Below the pieces are notes generated by a model, which was given only the letters and a program-made list of their open reading frames with translations, ran no database searches and had not been told where the DNA came from. This document shows, piece after piece, positions 39,382-50,624 of a DNA stretch of 64,000 nt; position 1 is the stretch's first letter, and the number at the start of each line of letters is the position of its first letter. A program made the translations under genes and the position numbers. The DNA comes from Vicugna vicugna. Lineage: Eukaryota. The DNA is taken from NCBI GenBank assembly GCA_013265495.1, contig MU058781.1:62001-126000 (forward strand), written 5' to 3'.

Positions 39382-41269
39382 CAAATAAGTACTATTTTTT
39401 GACTGTTTAACATTATCTGTCCAAAATATCCAGCTTACTTTCAAGAAAGGCTTATTTAAATGCTACTAAATATGTTATTCAATTAAGAAAAAAATTATGA
39501 GTTTAACCAGAGAATGCAGAATAAGTCTTAAATACATGCTTCCAATCCTAAAGGTAGAAAGTGGTCCGAGTCTTGAGCATAAATAATGAGAAGTGGCAGG
39601 TCACCTGGTGCTCTGTGTAAATGTGGGTATTGGATTCAGACATTTTTTTTTCTTCTTATTTTTTTAAATGAGAAAAAGACCTGCCTCAAATAGATGTGCT
39701 CAGGATGTCATGAATCATGACTGAAGAAGAAGAAAGTCATGTGGAATTTGTGAGCAACATAGACCATAGTTTATTCATTAAAAGATTATGTATACTTAAG
39801 ATGTTGTTCATTTTACTTGGAAAGCTATTATTAAATCATATTTATGTACACGTATGTTTCTACATATATCTTCAATTAGGTCGAGAATTATGGAGTTAAA
39901 GGGGGCCAAAAATGTAAAATATGCAAGCAGCTTTCCATTTCTTCTTGACCTGGTAGTACTGAAGTTCTAAAAATGATATTCTGAACAAAACAGTGATATA
40001 AACTATGGATAAAAATGTGGGGTAGTGCAAACAGATGTTAGAATGTATAAGATTTTATCCTTAAAATTAAGTGTGAAAATCTGAGAATTCATGTTGGAAG
40101 AAACAGACTTCTTTCACTATCGAAGGCATTTCTTAAACTGAATTTTTCCTCATACCCGGTGGCTTTCCCTTCCCTTGCTCCCACCTTTTTTTTTTTTTTT
40201 TAATCAAGCCTAAGGAAACCTATGGTGAAGTTCTTTAATAACAAAGTATAATGGGGCCTCCTACACCACTGTATGCAGAGGGCTGTCTATTCTATTTTTA
40301 AAAATCTCCCGGGAAGGAGCTTCTCCAACTTCCTTGTGAAGCTCTGACTTAGTACCTGGCAATCTTTTCCCTTCCCAGGGTCCCCAGGCTGGTCTTCCTC
40401 CCTTGCTTAAGAATTTATTATAGATCAAATTATTTTAGGGTTCTGAATATATTGTTATATTTAAACGATACTTCCCCCAAAGGGGCTCAATTAAAAGAGT
40501 GGAGGATGTCTGCGCCGTGGAGCTCCGTCTTCAAAGAAAGGTGTTCGATTAATACAAGTGGGCGAGAGTCAGAGGATAAACACAAATCAAAATCTTTTAG
40601 AGAAAGTCTTTCAAAAGTTGTGAAACAACTGGTATCTGAAGTGTGCCTTCTCTTTCCTTCCGATTCTTACAGAAGTTAGGACATCCTGTGCTATTAAAGA
40701 CAGATGATCCCAGCCTATGTCCTCAGGGGAGAGTCTTGATCACACTGTTTCTTCATCAGAGGACGATGATGGTGCCTACCTGCCTCAAATTTTTTTTAAT
40801 GTGGGTTAATTAATATTTGTATGGTACTTTCAAAGACATTAAATCTTATTTAGGCATTGCTGAGGGCTTGACGCTGTTATTTTTTCTCAAAGGTGCTTTT
40901 ATTTCTGTCTGCCTTCAAAAATTATGCAAAACTGTGGGAGAGAATGGTGTTCTGTTCTTGCCGTCTAATTATGTGTTGGCATTTGGAAGGAGAGAGAAAT
41001 CCATTAAAAAAATTTTCCATATTACCCTAATGTTCTCTACTACCTCAATCTTGGCATTTTATCTTAGGGGGAAAAAGTGCCACAATATAACCAGGAATAC
41101 TATTCGTGTGCTTCTAATTAAAACACCAGTGGGTTTATCTAATTTAAACAGTCAAGAACATTGACGATGTCCTTATGTTAATTATTTGACTGTTAATTTA
41201 CTTTGTATTTTCAGAAAGGGACATACCCTTTATGTGTTTTATGGTTGCTTGTAATTCAGTTATAAACGT

Positions 41270-41707
41270 TTTCTTTTTCAATTTTATTTTTTAACTGGAG
41301 CATCGTTGGTTTACAATGTGTTAGTTTCACATGTATAGAAAAGTGATTCAGTTATACATATATATGTATCCTTTTTCAAATTATTTTCCATTATAGGTTA
41401 TTACAAGATATTGAATATAGTTCCCTGAACTATACAGTAGGTCCTTGTTTACCTATAAATATATAAAAGTGTGTGTCTGTTAGTCCCAAACTCCTAATTT
41501 ATCCATCTCCCCTCCTTTCCACTTTGGTAACCATAAATTTGTTTTCTATGCCTGTGAGTCTCTTTCTTTTTTGTAAATAAGTTCATTTACATAATTTTTT
41601 TTCTTTAGATTCCACATATAAGTGATATCATGTGATATTTGTCTTTCTCTGTCTGACTTACTTCACTTAGTACGGTAATCTCTAGGTCCATCCATGTTAC
41701 TGCAAAT
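41270..41707 (-). mobile_element. L1 3' end (5'-truncated)
   Basis: T tail, TTTACAATGTGTTAGTTTC...TATAGTTCCCTG...TAGATTCCACATATAAGTGATATCA...TCTCTAGGTCCATCCATGTTACTGCAAAT; antisense L1 3'UTR and ORF2 end. Confidence 0.9.
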
Positions 41708-42873
41708 AAAAGTTTTTATACCCAAGAAAATGTAAATTCTAATTTTTGTGTTATAACTTACTTATCAGAATGAACATAAGAGCCAATTTTAAACTGATTA
41801 CACTTTTCAAAGTGTCTGTCTCCTGCTTCCTGTTAAGGAAAGCAGGAAAGTTACCTTTGTTATAAGCAAGTCATTTTTGTCTGCTTATATATCGATGAGA
41901 AAATACCGGTTACTTCAGCATTTAAGGGCAACTTGCCTCCATGTTTGTCATTCGTTAGGGAAGAGATTTAGGGACCTTTTCTCTGCACCGCGTTAACGGG
42001 AGTGGGAGATCTTTGCTGTTGTGCCCTTGCCTTTAGTCTCCTGACACTGCTCCCAGGTTCCATTCAAGGAACAGAGCAAGGGCACTGCACCATGCAATTT
42101 TTAGACAGTGTCAGAGAGAAAGTATAATGAAGATGAACTCTCTTGCCCCTCTTGCAATTCAGCTACACTGTAAGGTGATTTTAAAATAATGACCCTGATT
42201 TTTAGAAAATACAGAAAATGGTATCCAGATAATTGTCTCTATTGTCCCTTTGATATGCAGGGACGACTGGCACTTCAGAGTGCTGGTGGGCGCTCCAGGA
42301 AGAGTGGAGGGTTTCTGCGTGGCTATTCTCTCTGATCCTCGTCTGACCCAGGAGGCGGGGGCTGGGCGGTGCAGACTCAGGGAGGCTGTGTTCTCTTTTG
42401 TTTTCTAGACACATCTTGGAGTTAGAGGGGAAGGGTGTGGGTATTAAAAAGGAAAAGTAGCCTGGGAGCTTGGTCCATTGTACGGACATACACATAGTTT
42501 AGCTGGAGGTTCTTATCACAGTGAATAATGGGCAAAAAGTCTCTTACCTCTTTTTGGATAATAAACTATTGTTCATCTTGGGTCTAGTACATCATTTTTA
42601 TGTCTCATTTTCTTGGTCTTTAAGAAAGGACAATAACGCTTAATCTCAGAAAATATTTTTAAAATGCTTTGAAATTCTTAATAAAATGTGTCACATTAAC
42701 GCAAAAGCTTCTCTCAGTCACTGTTTACATTGTTCAGTCATATTTTATCTTTTATTCCCCCAATAACAATCTATCCGGCTTCTTAGCAGATTGTGATGGA
42801 GGGGCAATGAGAGGATGGCTAGAAGGGGGATCTATTTGTGCTTACTCTGTTCTATATCATTTGCTTATATGCT

Positions 42874-42875
<2 letters not shown>

Positions 42876-42910
<35 letters not shown>

Positions 42911-42932
42911 CGCGCATGCGCGCGTGTATGTA
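42876..42932. repeat. (TG)n/(CG)n compound alternating purine-pyrimidine repeat
   Basis: 57 bp of unbroken R/Y alternation: (GT)n followed by GCGTGCGCGCATGCGCGCGTGTATGTA. Confidence 0.95.
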
Positions 42933-44531
42933 GAAGGGGTTATATTTCTTAAATTGCTTCAAATAAAGTCACAACTCTCAGTGGATCATTGATCGAACAG
43001 TAGGGAAAGAGGTTATCTTATTTTCTTCCCATTAGAAGCAATTACAGATGTTTTCCTAACTTCAGTAATTTTGAAATAAGAGAATTATTTTACTTGTAAC
43101 ACCTCTTTTTGTAAATCTGATCATGTAACTACCATTAAAAAATATTTTCTTCATTGTGGTAGTACCATGTCCAGAAAACATAATACGTGTAGGTAAAACA
43201 TTTGTAATCTGTGTTATTAACCAAAATAAGATTTTTTTTTTAAATCTTGTTTTCTTGTATTAGCTGTGCCTTTAGGTCTAAAAGAAATATTAAAGTAGAG
43301 CTTTGTTAGTTTGGAATATGGACTCAGTACAAGATACTGGAACCTGCTTTAGGAAAAAAAAATCGTTAAGAAATTTCTGTGAAGGATCTGCCGCACGTTG
43401 TTCTTTGAGGTGAGCAAAAAGCAAGTCTGCTTTTGCTGATACCGCTTGAAAGCTCGTTGAGGGAAGCGGTGTAAACACTTTATTTCTTAACAGAAAACTG
43501 ATTTTAAGTGTTGGGGTTAGAAAACCTATTCAACACTTTTTTTAAACTGCTCTAGCTTCAATTCATAATTACAAGCTTATTCCAATCTCCGCACAATGAA
43601 ACCACATTTTAGACCAACAGCTGTTATCTACTTTTTCCTGCTAGCCTTGGGGTATGAATATTTTAATACTCATTTTCTATGTGCAGATAAACTAAATACT
43701 TCCTACTGAAAGTCTATCAAATTAATCACAAAAATCTTAGTTGCTGTTCTTTCTTCCATGTAACTCATTTTTAAAAAACCGCTCACTTTATGCCCCATTT
43801 TTCATAAACCTGAAAGTGATTTTTGTAAAACGTACAAAGGAGAATATGGAGAAATCCACGAAGATAAAGGATCACGGAAAAGATTAAAGCCACAGCGTTT
43901 CAGTGACTTGCCCTTTCATTCTCTTCCATTTTGTGCAAAGTCAGTTTAAGCCTCAATATTTTGCCTGTGGCGGTGTTTTAATAGCTGGTTTTGTGTTGGA
44001 AGGCTGCGATTTCCACTTATTGAAATGGTATTAGGTCCTCATATGCAAATGATGTGGCCTAAAGGTAGATTTCCTTCCCCTAATCTTCCAGCGTAATCTC
44101 ACAAACACCATTGTGATGTGGCTTAAAACATGTGGCAACTCTTGCTTTTGGATGGCAGTGAATGGACAGAAAACCCAAAATTCTCTCGCCCAGTAACTTC
44201 TAAAGTGGAGCAGTAGATAAAAGTGGAGTGGAAGGCCTCTCAAACAGAATCGAAACAGGTGAATTTGTAGCTAAAATTGGTGGATGTCAATACTGGGGAT
44301 GGTCAAGAAGAATTCTTCATGTTTTTATAAATCCTGGAGCAAGATGTTCTCCTCTGTTCTGCATTGCAATCAAATACTTGTACTTATATAATACAATAAA
44401 CAGTGTTCCTGAGTGGAAAACATAATCTATACCATTAGCAGATCAAGATCAAATATCTCGTTAATATTGAACCATGACTGTTTAAACATATTTGAGGCCT
44501 GAGTGTGGTGATGGAAAAATAATGATAGGGA

Positions 44532-44534
<3 letters not shown>

Positions 44535-44572
<38 letters not shown>
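44535..44572. repeat. (AC)19 microsatellite
   Basis: Perfect AC array. Confidence 0.95.
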
Positions 44573-44576
<4 letters not shown>

Positions 44577-45229
44577 CCCAGCCACATAAACGCTCCATGC
44601 AGTGTTTTTCCACTTACAAGGACCAGTGTCTTCTGTGAAAGCTTACTTGGCCTTGGTGAGCACACATGTGATGATGTCCTGTGTGATCGTTCCTTCTGCC
44701 TTTACGTTCTCTTGGGATAACAGAACACAAACACTCAGGCCCTGGGTGTTTGAGAAACAGATGCTTTTTTTTTTTTTAAGTGGGGACATTTGATAGGTCT
44801 TAATGGAGAGAGGAGATAGAAACTTCTAATCGTTTCCAGGGTCTGCGACTGCTGAAATTTTCATGCTCATCTCCTTGTGCGTTTCTCCACCTGCTCTGTA
44901 CTCTTTCCTTCCCTCCCCTCCTCTTTTTGTGACTTAAGAAGACCCTGACTGTAACAGGGAAATGCCCTTTATCTTCAGCATATTTTTCCTTTCCATTTCT
45001 TCCTTTGCCTTCATGTCTTAACAGACACTTGCCTCTGCTGTTAATTGAGTCCGAGCTTTTTCATGGATCCTTCCATAACACTGCCCTTTTCTCCCTGTTC
45101 CTTATCTCTCAGAGTCCCTCCAGTGTCTTTTTACTGACTTTCTGCATCATCGCTGCTGCCCCAGGTGGCTCCCCACATTTGACTTTTTTATTCCTGAGGA
45201 AATTCCTAACCTTCCCTGAGCAGTTAATG

Positions 45230-45440
45230 GCTCCGTACTGGTGCTATACAGAGTATGTGGCATGCCTTACTTCATTTAATTGTTGCAAGGCTTTAAAGAG
45301 ATGTGTGCTATTATTATTTCCATGCTATAGTGGAGGAGAGTGAAGCTTGCAGGGGTTGAATAACTTGTCCAAAGATAAACAGCTGTTAAGTGGCGTAGCG
45401 GGGAGTCAAACTCGGGTCTAGCCCAGACCTCAAGCTCTTA
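45230..45440 (-). mobile_element. MIR SINE
   Basis: TATTATTATTTCCATGCTATAG...GTTGAATAACTTGTCCAAAGATAAACAGCTGTTAAGTGGC...TCAAACTCGGGTCT. Confidence 0.7.
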
Positions 45441-45699
45441 GTCACCCTGTATACTCCTCTTGCTTACCGTCTTTCTCAGTGACACCGGCATTCTTTCTGT
45501 CAGGGCATCAGGTGGTGTGAACTCAGTCTCAAAAGTTGCAGCATTCTGCTTTCCCCACACATATGCGCCAGAACCGCATATTTTATGCCACCCTTCACCT
45601 CTGAAACCTTGGAGTTGGTGGGCTGCCCGTAAGCACACCAGCTTTGCCTGTAGTTCACCCGTAATTCACCTCCGTGGAGCCCACTTCCCGGTGTCTCTC

Positions 45700-47155
45700 A
45701 CCCTCTGAACCTACGTTCCCTTCCATTTCGCCCAGTCTTTTCACTTACTTGATTACATCGTCTTCTCCCACCTGAATGCTCTGGTTACCTCTAGCTATCA
45801 TGGTTCCTGCCTATCAGTCTGGATTCCTAAAGGCTCTTGATTTTAAAGAAGCCCGTCAACATCAACCCCCAATCTAAAATAATTCCTGGAACGACTTTAT
45901 CCACTCTTCTCCTTAAATTACTGGGAAAAAAAAGAAAAGATTCTCAGAAGATGTTCTCACTTTAATTCTATTCCTAAGACACAGTCTTGACTGACAGATG
46001 TTGCTTGCAGCTGCCCTTTGGCACCTGGAAGTTCCTCTGTTTATCCCTCCTGATTCCTTTTTGGTTTCACCAGAGGCCTTGTTCTAAACCCACTTTCACT
46101 TTCTCTGTTCTCACAGTCAACCCTGATCTCAGCAGAGAGATTCCCCGTTACCGTCCTAATCCAACCGCTCTTCCTCTCCGCTAAGCTCTCATGCGGAGTC
46201 CTGTTCTCTGTAGAAGCCATTCCCCAGGTGTCCGAGAGTTTTCGATTCCTTATTTTGAGACATTTCGCTCGGAGGCTTAGTCTTTTCTTTTACCATGATT
46301 TAGTTCTTGTTTCAGTGGTTCCTTCCTCCTTGCCCTCAAACACACTTGGGGCTTCCCTTTCTTAGCAGGTTCTGCCCTGGTCAGGGTGCCTCGCCCAGCC
46401 ATCATTTTCTTGCATCTTGGCTTAATTGCCTGTTGTCCTACAGTCTTCAGCGAGTGCTCCCCACCCACCGTGCGCGTCCTCCCACCCCCTTCCCTTCACT
46501 AGTCCTTTGACCTTGGACTTGCGCGCCCAGCACGCTGCTGCCGCTGTGGTCGTCAGCGATGTCCTTCTTGCTCCGTCGCTCCCTCTTCTCCAGGTTTGAC
46601 TCCTCTGCAGGCTTTGGTGCTTGTGTGGCTGCAGCCCTTTACTAAATCTCACTCTTTTCTTGGCTTCCGTAACTACATCATTAAAGTTGGCTTCTCTCGA
46701 CTGGGGCTGTTCCTTTCTGTTTCCCCTTTAATATTTCTTAAAGGTTAGTCCCAGAAGTTCTAATTTTCATTTGTGTGTTTGTTTGGGGGCAGGGAGGAGG
46801 TAACTAGGTTAACTGATGTATTTATTTTAACGGAGGTGCTGGGGGTTGAGCCCAGGACCGCGTGCACACTAAGTGCACACTCTGCCACTGAGCTGTACCC
46901 TCCTCCACCCGCATTTTCTGTTTCTATAATCCTCTCAGGGTTCAGCACTGAACTCTGTGATGCCCACTTCAAAATCATGATTGCCTTCCCCATCTCTTTT
47001 CTAGGCACGTGTGACACATTTCTACTTGGTTTTCCAACCACTGTCTCTGGAAGGTCTAGAACAGAAATCACTCAGAAGTTATATCTTGTTCAATGGTTTC
47101 TTCCCAGGATGTGGTGACTGCTGGGTACTGGGTAGGCACTCATATATTTTGGTAT
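45700..47155 (+). mobile_element. Decayed L2 body, interrupted by a SINE
   Basis: Long pyrimidine-rich tract with L2-like phrases (CTTGGCTTCCGTAACTAC; CCCAGGATGTGGTGACTGCTGGGTACTGGGTAGGCACTCATATATTTT). Boundaries uncertain. Confidence 0.45.
46763..46907 (-). mobile_element. tRNA-derived SINE, camelid Vic-1 type
   Basis: Minus strand reads GGAGGAGGGTACAGCTCAGTGGCAGAG...GGTCCTGGGCTCAACCCCCAGCACCTCC (pol III A/B-box head) plus AT-rich tail; homologous to the 53838 and 56200 copies. Confidence 0.85.
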
Positions 47156-47289
47156 AATAGTACTGTATTAGGAACTGGCTTTTTTGAGCAGTTACTGTAG
47201 TGTCTTATGGGCAACGGGATAGGCACTTTAGATAAGGTATTTCATTTGATATTCTCAAAATCCCTTGAGGACAGCCTGTGGGCAAACCC

Positions 47290-47630
47290 TGATGTTTGAT
47301 TAGCCCAACCTTTATCCACAATTCCTTTGTCACTAGTCACATTCCAGCCTGTGATACAATTCTGGATAGTAAAGTGTGAGTGAAAGTTTACAGGGTGAGT
47401 CTTCCAGAGAAGCTTTGGCTTCTCCTGTGTAAAGAGACATACTGAGCTCACATGCCTCTTCACTCTTGGCCCTGCCTCTTGCCTCATGCTGAGAATATGG
47501 ATGTAATACCTAGAGATGTTGCAGCCATCTTGTGCCTATGAGGCCATGAGCATGAGGACAAAAGCAACAATGAAGGATGGTGAAGGAGAAAGATAGACAA
47601 ATCTGGGTCCCTAATAGCATCTCGCTGCTG
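47290..47630 (+). mobile_element. Old MaLR LTR fragment (MLT1-type)
   Basis: GGATGTAATACCTAGAGATGTTGCAGCCATCTTGTGCCTATGAGG motif of MLT1H/J-like LTRs. Confidence 0.6.
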
Positions 47631-47824
47631 TTTCCCCTGATACTTCTCTTTTGGTTAGTGGTATCATCATTCTCCAGGCAGCTATGCCCTGTCCTTGCAT
47701 TGTGCTTATGTGATTGCCTCTCATATTCGGATTTCTGCTTTCATTTCTGAGCTAATCTGACTTCACTCCCTCCCCAGTTCATTCTGGTTACTACTACCAG
47801 GCTAAACTTAAAGAGTTCTGCAGG

Positions 47825-47965
47825 AATGTAAGGAATGCAGATGGAGGTGTTAGCTAATACTAAGGTGGTAATCAAATTGCAGTGTAAGGAAGTAGCAAGT
47901 CAACACACATTGTAAAACTTAAACTTACACAGTGTTGTATGTCAATCATATTGCAATAAAAAATT
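47825..47965 (+). mobile_element. L1 3' end fragment
   Basis: GATGGAGGTGTTAGCTAA...TTAAACTTACACAGTGTTGTATGTCAATCATATTGCAATAAAAAA. Confidence 0.75.
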
Positions 47966-50099
47966 ACATGTAATAAAATGTTACATAAATGCCACCAGCA
48001 AAAATTTTAAAAAGGATACTTCTTGAAACTTAGATAGAGCTTCTATAAAAGCTTAGATAAAATTTATATAGTGTTTAATTCATTTATTAATTATGCCATT
48101 TAATCTTCATAAAAATATGCAAAGTATATTTTATTATTATCATTACTAGGAAAGTGAGACTTACAAAGGGAGAAACCTATAGTCCGCACCAGTGAGTGGC
48201 TGAATGAGAAGTAGAAGCCAGGTCCCTTGACTCAGAATTTGGTGGTTTTAAAACCACATTACTCTTCTCGTGCTGTTTTGCAATTAATTTTGCTGCTCAA
48301 AAGCCTACTTGAGTTATTAACATTGTGATATATCAAGTGCACTTTAAATTAAATTTCTCATAATCTTTCTTCACCCTCCACATGTAACTCTTTTCCTTGA
48401 CTCCCCAACATAACTCCCCCATGATAGTCACATGAGTCTAAATATAGTTTCTCAAACCTGTTTATGCTGTTTTTCTGCTTGATATTAATCTTTTTAAGCC
48501 TGGCTCAAATTCCATCTCATCCATATAGCTTTTACCCCCCAATCTACCTAATTAATTTTGGCCACTGTATTTTTATTTTTATTTTTTTGTTTTTTGTTTT
48601 TGGTAAAACGTCTTAGCAATTGACCTTATGCTCCCTTGTATTACTTTATAATAATGTGATATATTGCAAGCTCACCTTTTCATTTACATCCTACACTTGA
48701 GGATGGGCACTGGAGGCACCCACTCCACCCTGACAGGGTTCTAAAACCATTGTGCAGCCCCTGCAGAAACTTACTCTCCTTGAACACAGCGGTCCGTGAT
48801 TCTTCCTCCCTTCCCTTCATCCCTCTCTTTCTTCCTTTTTCCTTTCCTCCCTCCCACCTCCCTCTCTCCCGGTCTCACCTGGCTTGCTCAGCTCTGTAAG
48901 GCAGTTTCCCAGTCTTCTTCCACTTTTTCTAAAATTATCACATTCCTTGATGGGTTGATTCACTTTCTTGTGTACTTGAAATCTAAGAGACAGGTGATCG
49001 TGGAATCTCAGATGCTCCTGAGAACATCTTAAATCCACAGTCAGCTGATAGGCCCACACAAAGCCGAGCTCTTTCTATAATTACTTACACATTATCACAT
49101 TCAAAAGAAACACTAGTCTGGCATCCAGAAAGGCATGGAAAGCAATTTAAATCTGGATCACTGAACATATATTAAATGGGGATTATACTGCATAATGCAG
49201 AGTAAATTAGCTTGAAAACCCTGCACCCACTCTTCCCAAAGTTTTGAAGTCAAGTGTTTTCTTGATATTATGCAGCAGAAAGAATATCTAAACTTCCTGA
49301 ACAGAGGGAGACATGAAACAAAGAAGTGAGAACAGGCAAACAAGCATAAAACCTAACAAAACATCATTAAGATTGATGTGGTCGGTCATTCATAACTTGC
49401 CATTCAAAACTGCGTATCCAAAATGCAGTTCCATTGTTCTCACTCATTAGTGGTCTAGTAAGCAAATGTTACACATTTCCATTTGAGAAAGTACGTGTTA
49501 AGTTATATTAAATACTTTTTAATCACTCTTTACTGGGTTAAAAATTCCATTTGAAAAGCACATCTTTAGACCTTTTATTTCTATTTCAATATAATTATCA
49601 TAAAAAGTTTTATTTTAATCTATGAAAATGGGCGGTGACAATTTATTTGAGGCAATTGGCACTCAATTTTATAATAAATTAACACTTACAAATGAACAAG
49701 ATTTGTATTGGTTTCTTTCCAAAGACTCTGGAATGACTTATTTATGTTGGCTCTTAGTGACTATGGGGAGTCCTTGGGTCCAGTTCCTTAGCTGTTCCCC
49801 TTTTGGTTTCTGCTTTAGTATAACACATTTTCCTTTTTATCTCATCCAACAAGCACCATAACCTTTCTGCTTAACGACTGGTGTCCACTGGGTTAGGGCA
49901 AGGATTTGAGGATTTGGTATCAGGTTGTAAACCGGATGGATAACAAGAAAATAGAATAGCAATGAGGGTAATGCGGGAGGCAGCAGCGATAGCTTTAAGG
50001 AAAGCAGTGGGCCACGAGAAATTGAATAGAAATTAGGGACACAAAATGAATTAGAGTGGACAGAAGATGTGAGAAGCAAATGCCAGCAATTACATCTTT

Positions 50100-50624
50100 G
50101 ATGGGGGCGTAGTGGTGTGCAAATTCTCGTCACAACTCCAATTGAGAAATGCGGTGTCTGTCGCCTTGAGTCTGGGCTCTGACCCTTGATCAATAGTGGG
50201 AGTGAGACCGTGTCGTCCCTGGGCCCTGGGCTTTCAGAAACCGGCAGCCGCCACTTCCTGTCTTTGAGGGGCCTCGGCTTGAAATCCAGCCTCCACGTTG
50301 GGAGGAAGCCTGACAAGCCAATGGGGAGGCCACGCGAGGTGTTCTGGTCAGCAGTCTCGGTGAGGTTCCACCTGCGAGCCAGCGTCCGGCACCGGCCACA
50401 CGGCTGAGTGGGCCTCCATGCGACTGCAGCCTCCTCTGGTCAGTCACCCGTGGCCTCGAGTCTCCCCAGCTGAGGGCCCAGACACTGTGGGGCAGATGCA
50501 AGGCGCCCTCCCGGTGCCCTGTGGAAACTCTGGCTCGCAGAATTCAAGTGCTAGTAAAACGGTGGTGGTTTTACACCGCTAAGTGTGGAGTGACTTTTTT
50601 TTTTATAACGTAGAGACTGTAACA
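50100..50624 (+). mobile_element. MaLR LTR (MLT1E/F-like), unusually GC/CpG-rich
   Basis: CCTTGAGTCTGGGCT...GGCAGCCGCCACTTCCTGTCT...GGTGGTTTTACACCGCTAAGTGTGGAGTG layout of MLT1E/F. Confidence 0.65.

Noticed and set aside
46831..46907. tRNA-like A/B-box sequence as a real tRNA gene (also 53956-54029 and 56307-56383)
   Set aside because: Each has a SINE tail, one has clear TSDs, and they are mutually diverged copies, so they are SINE heads and not tRNA genes.
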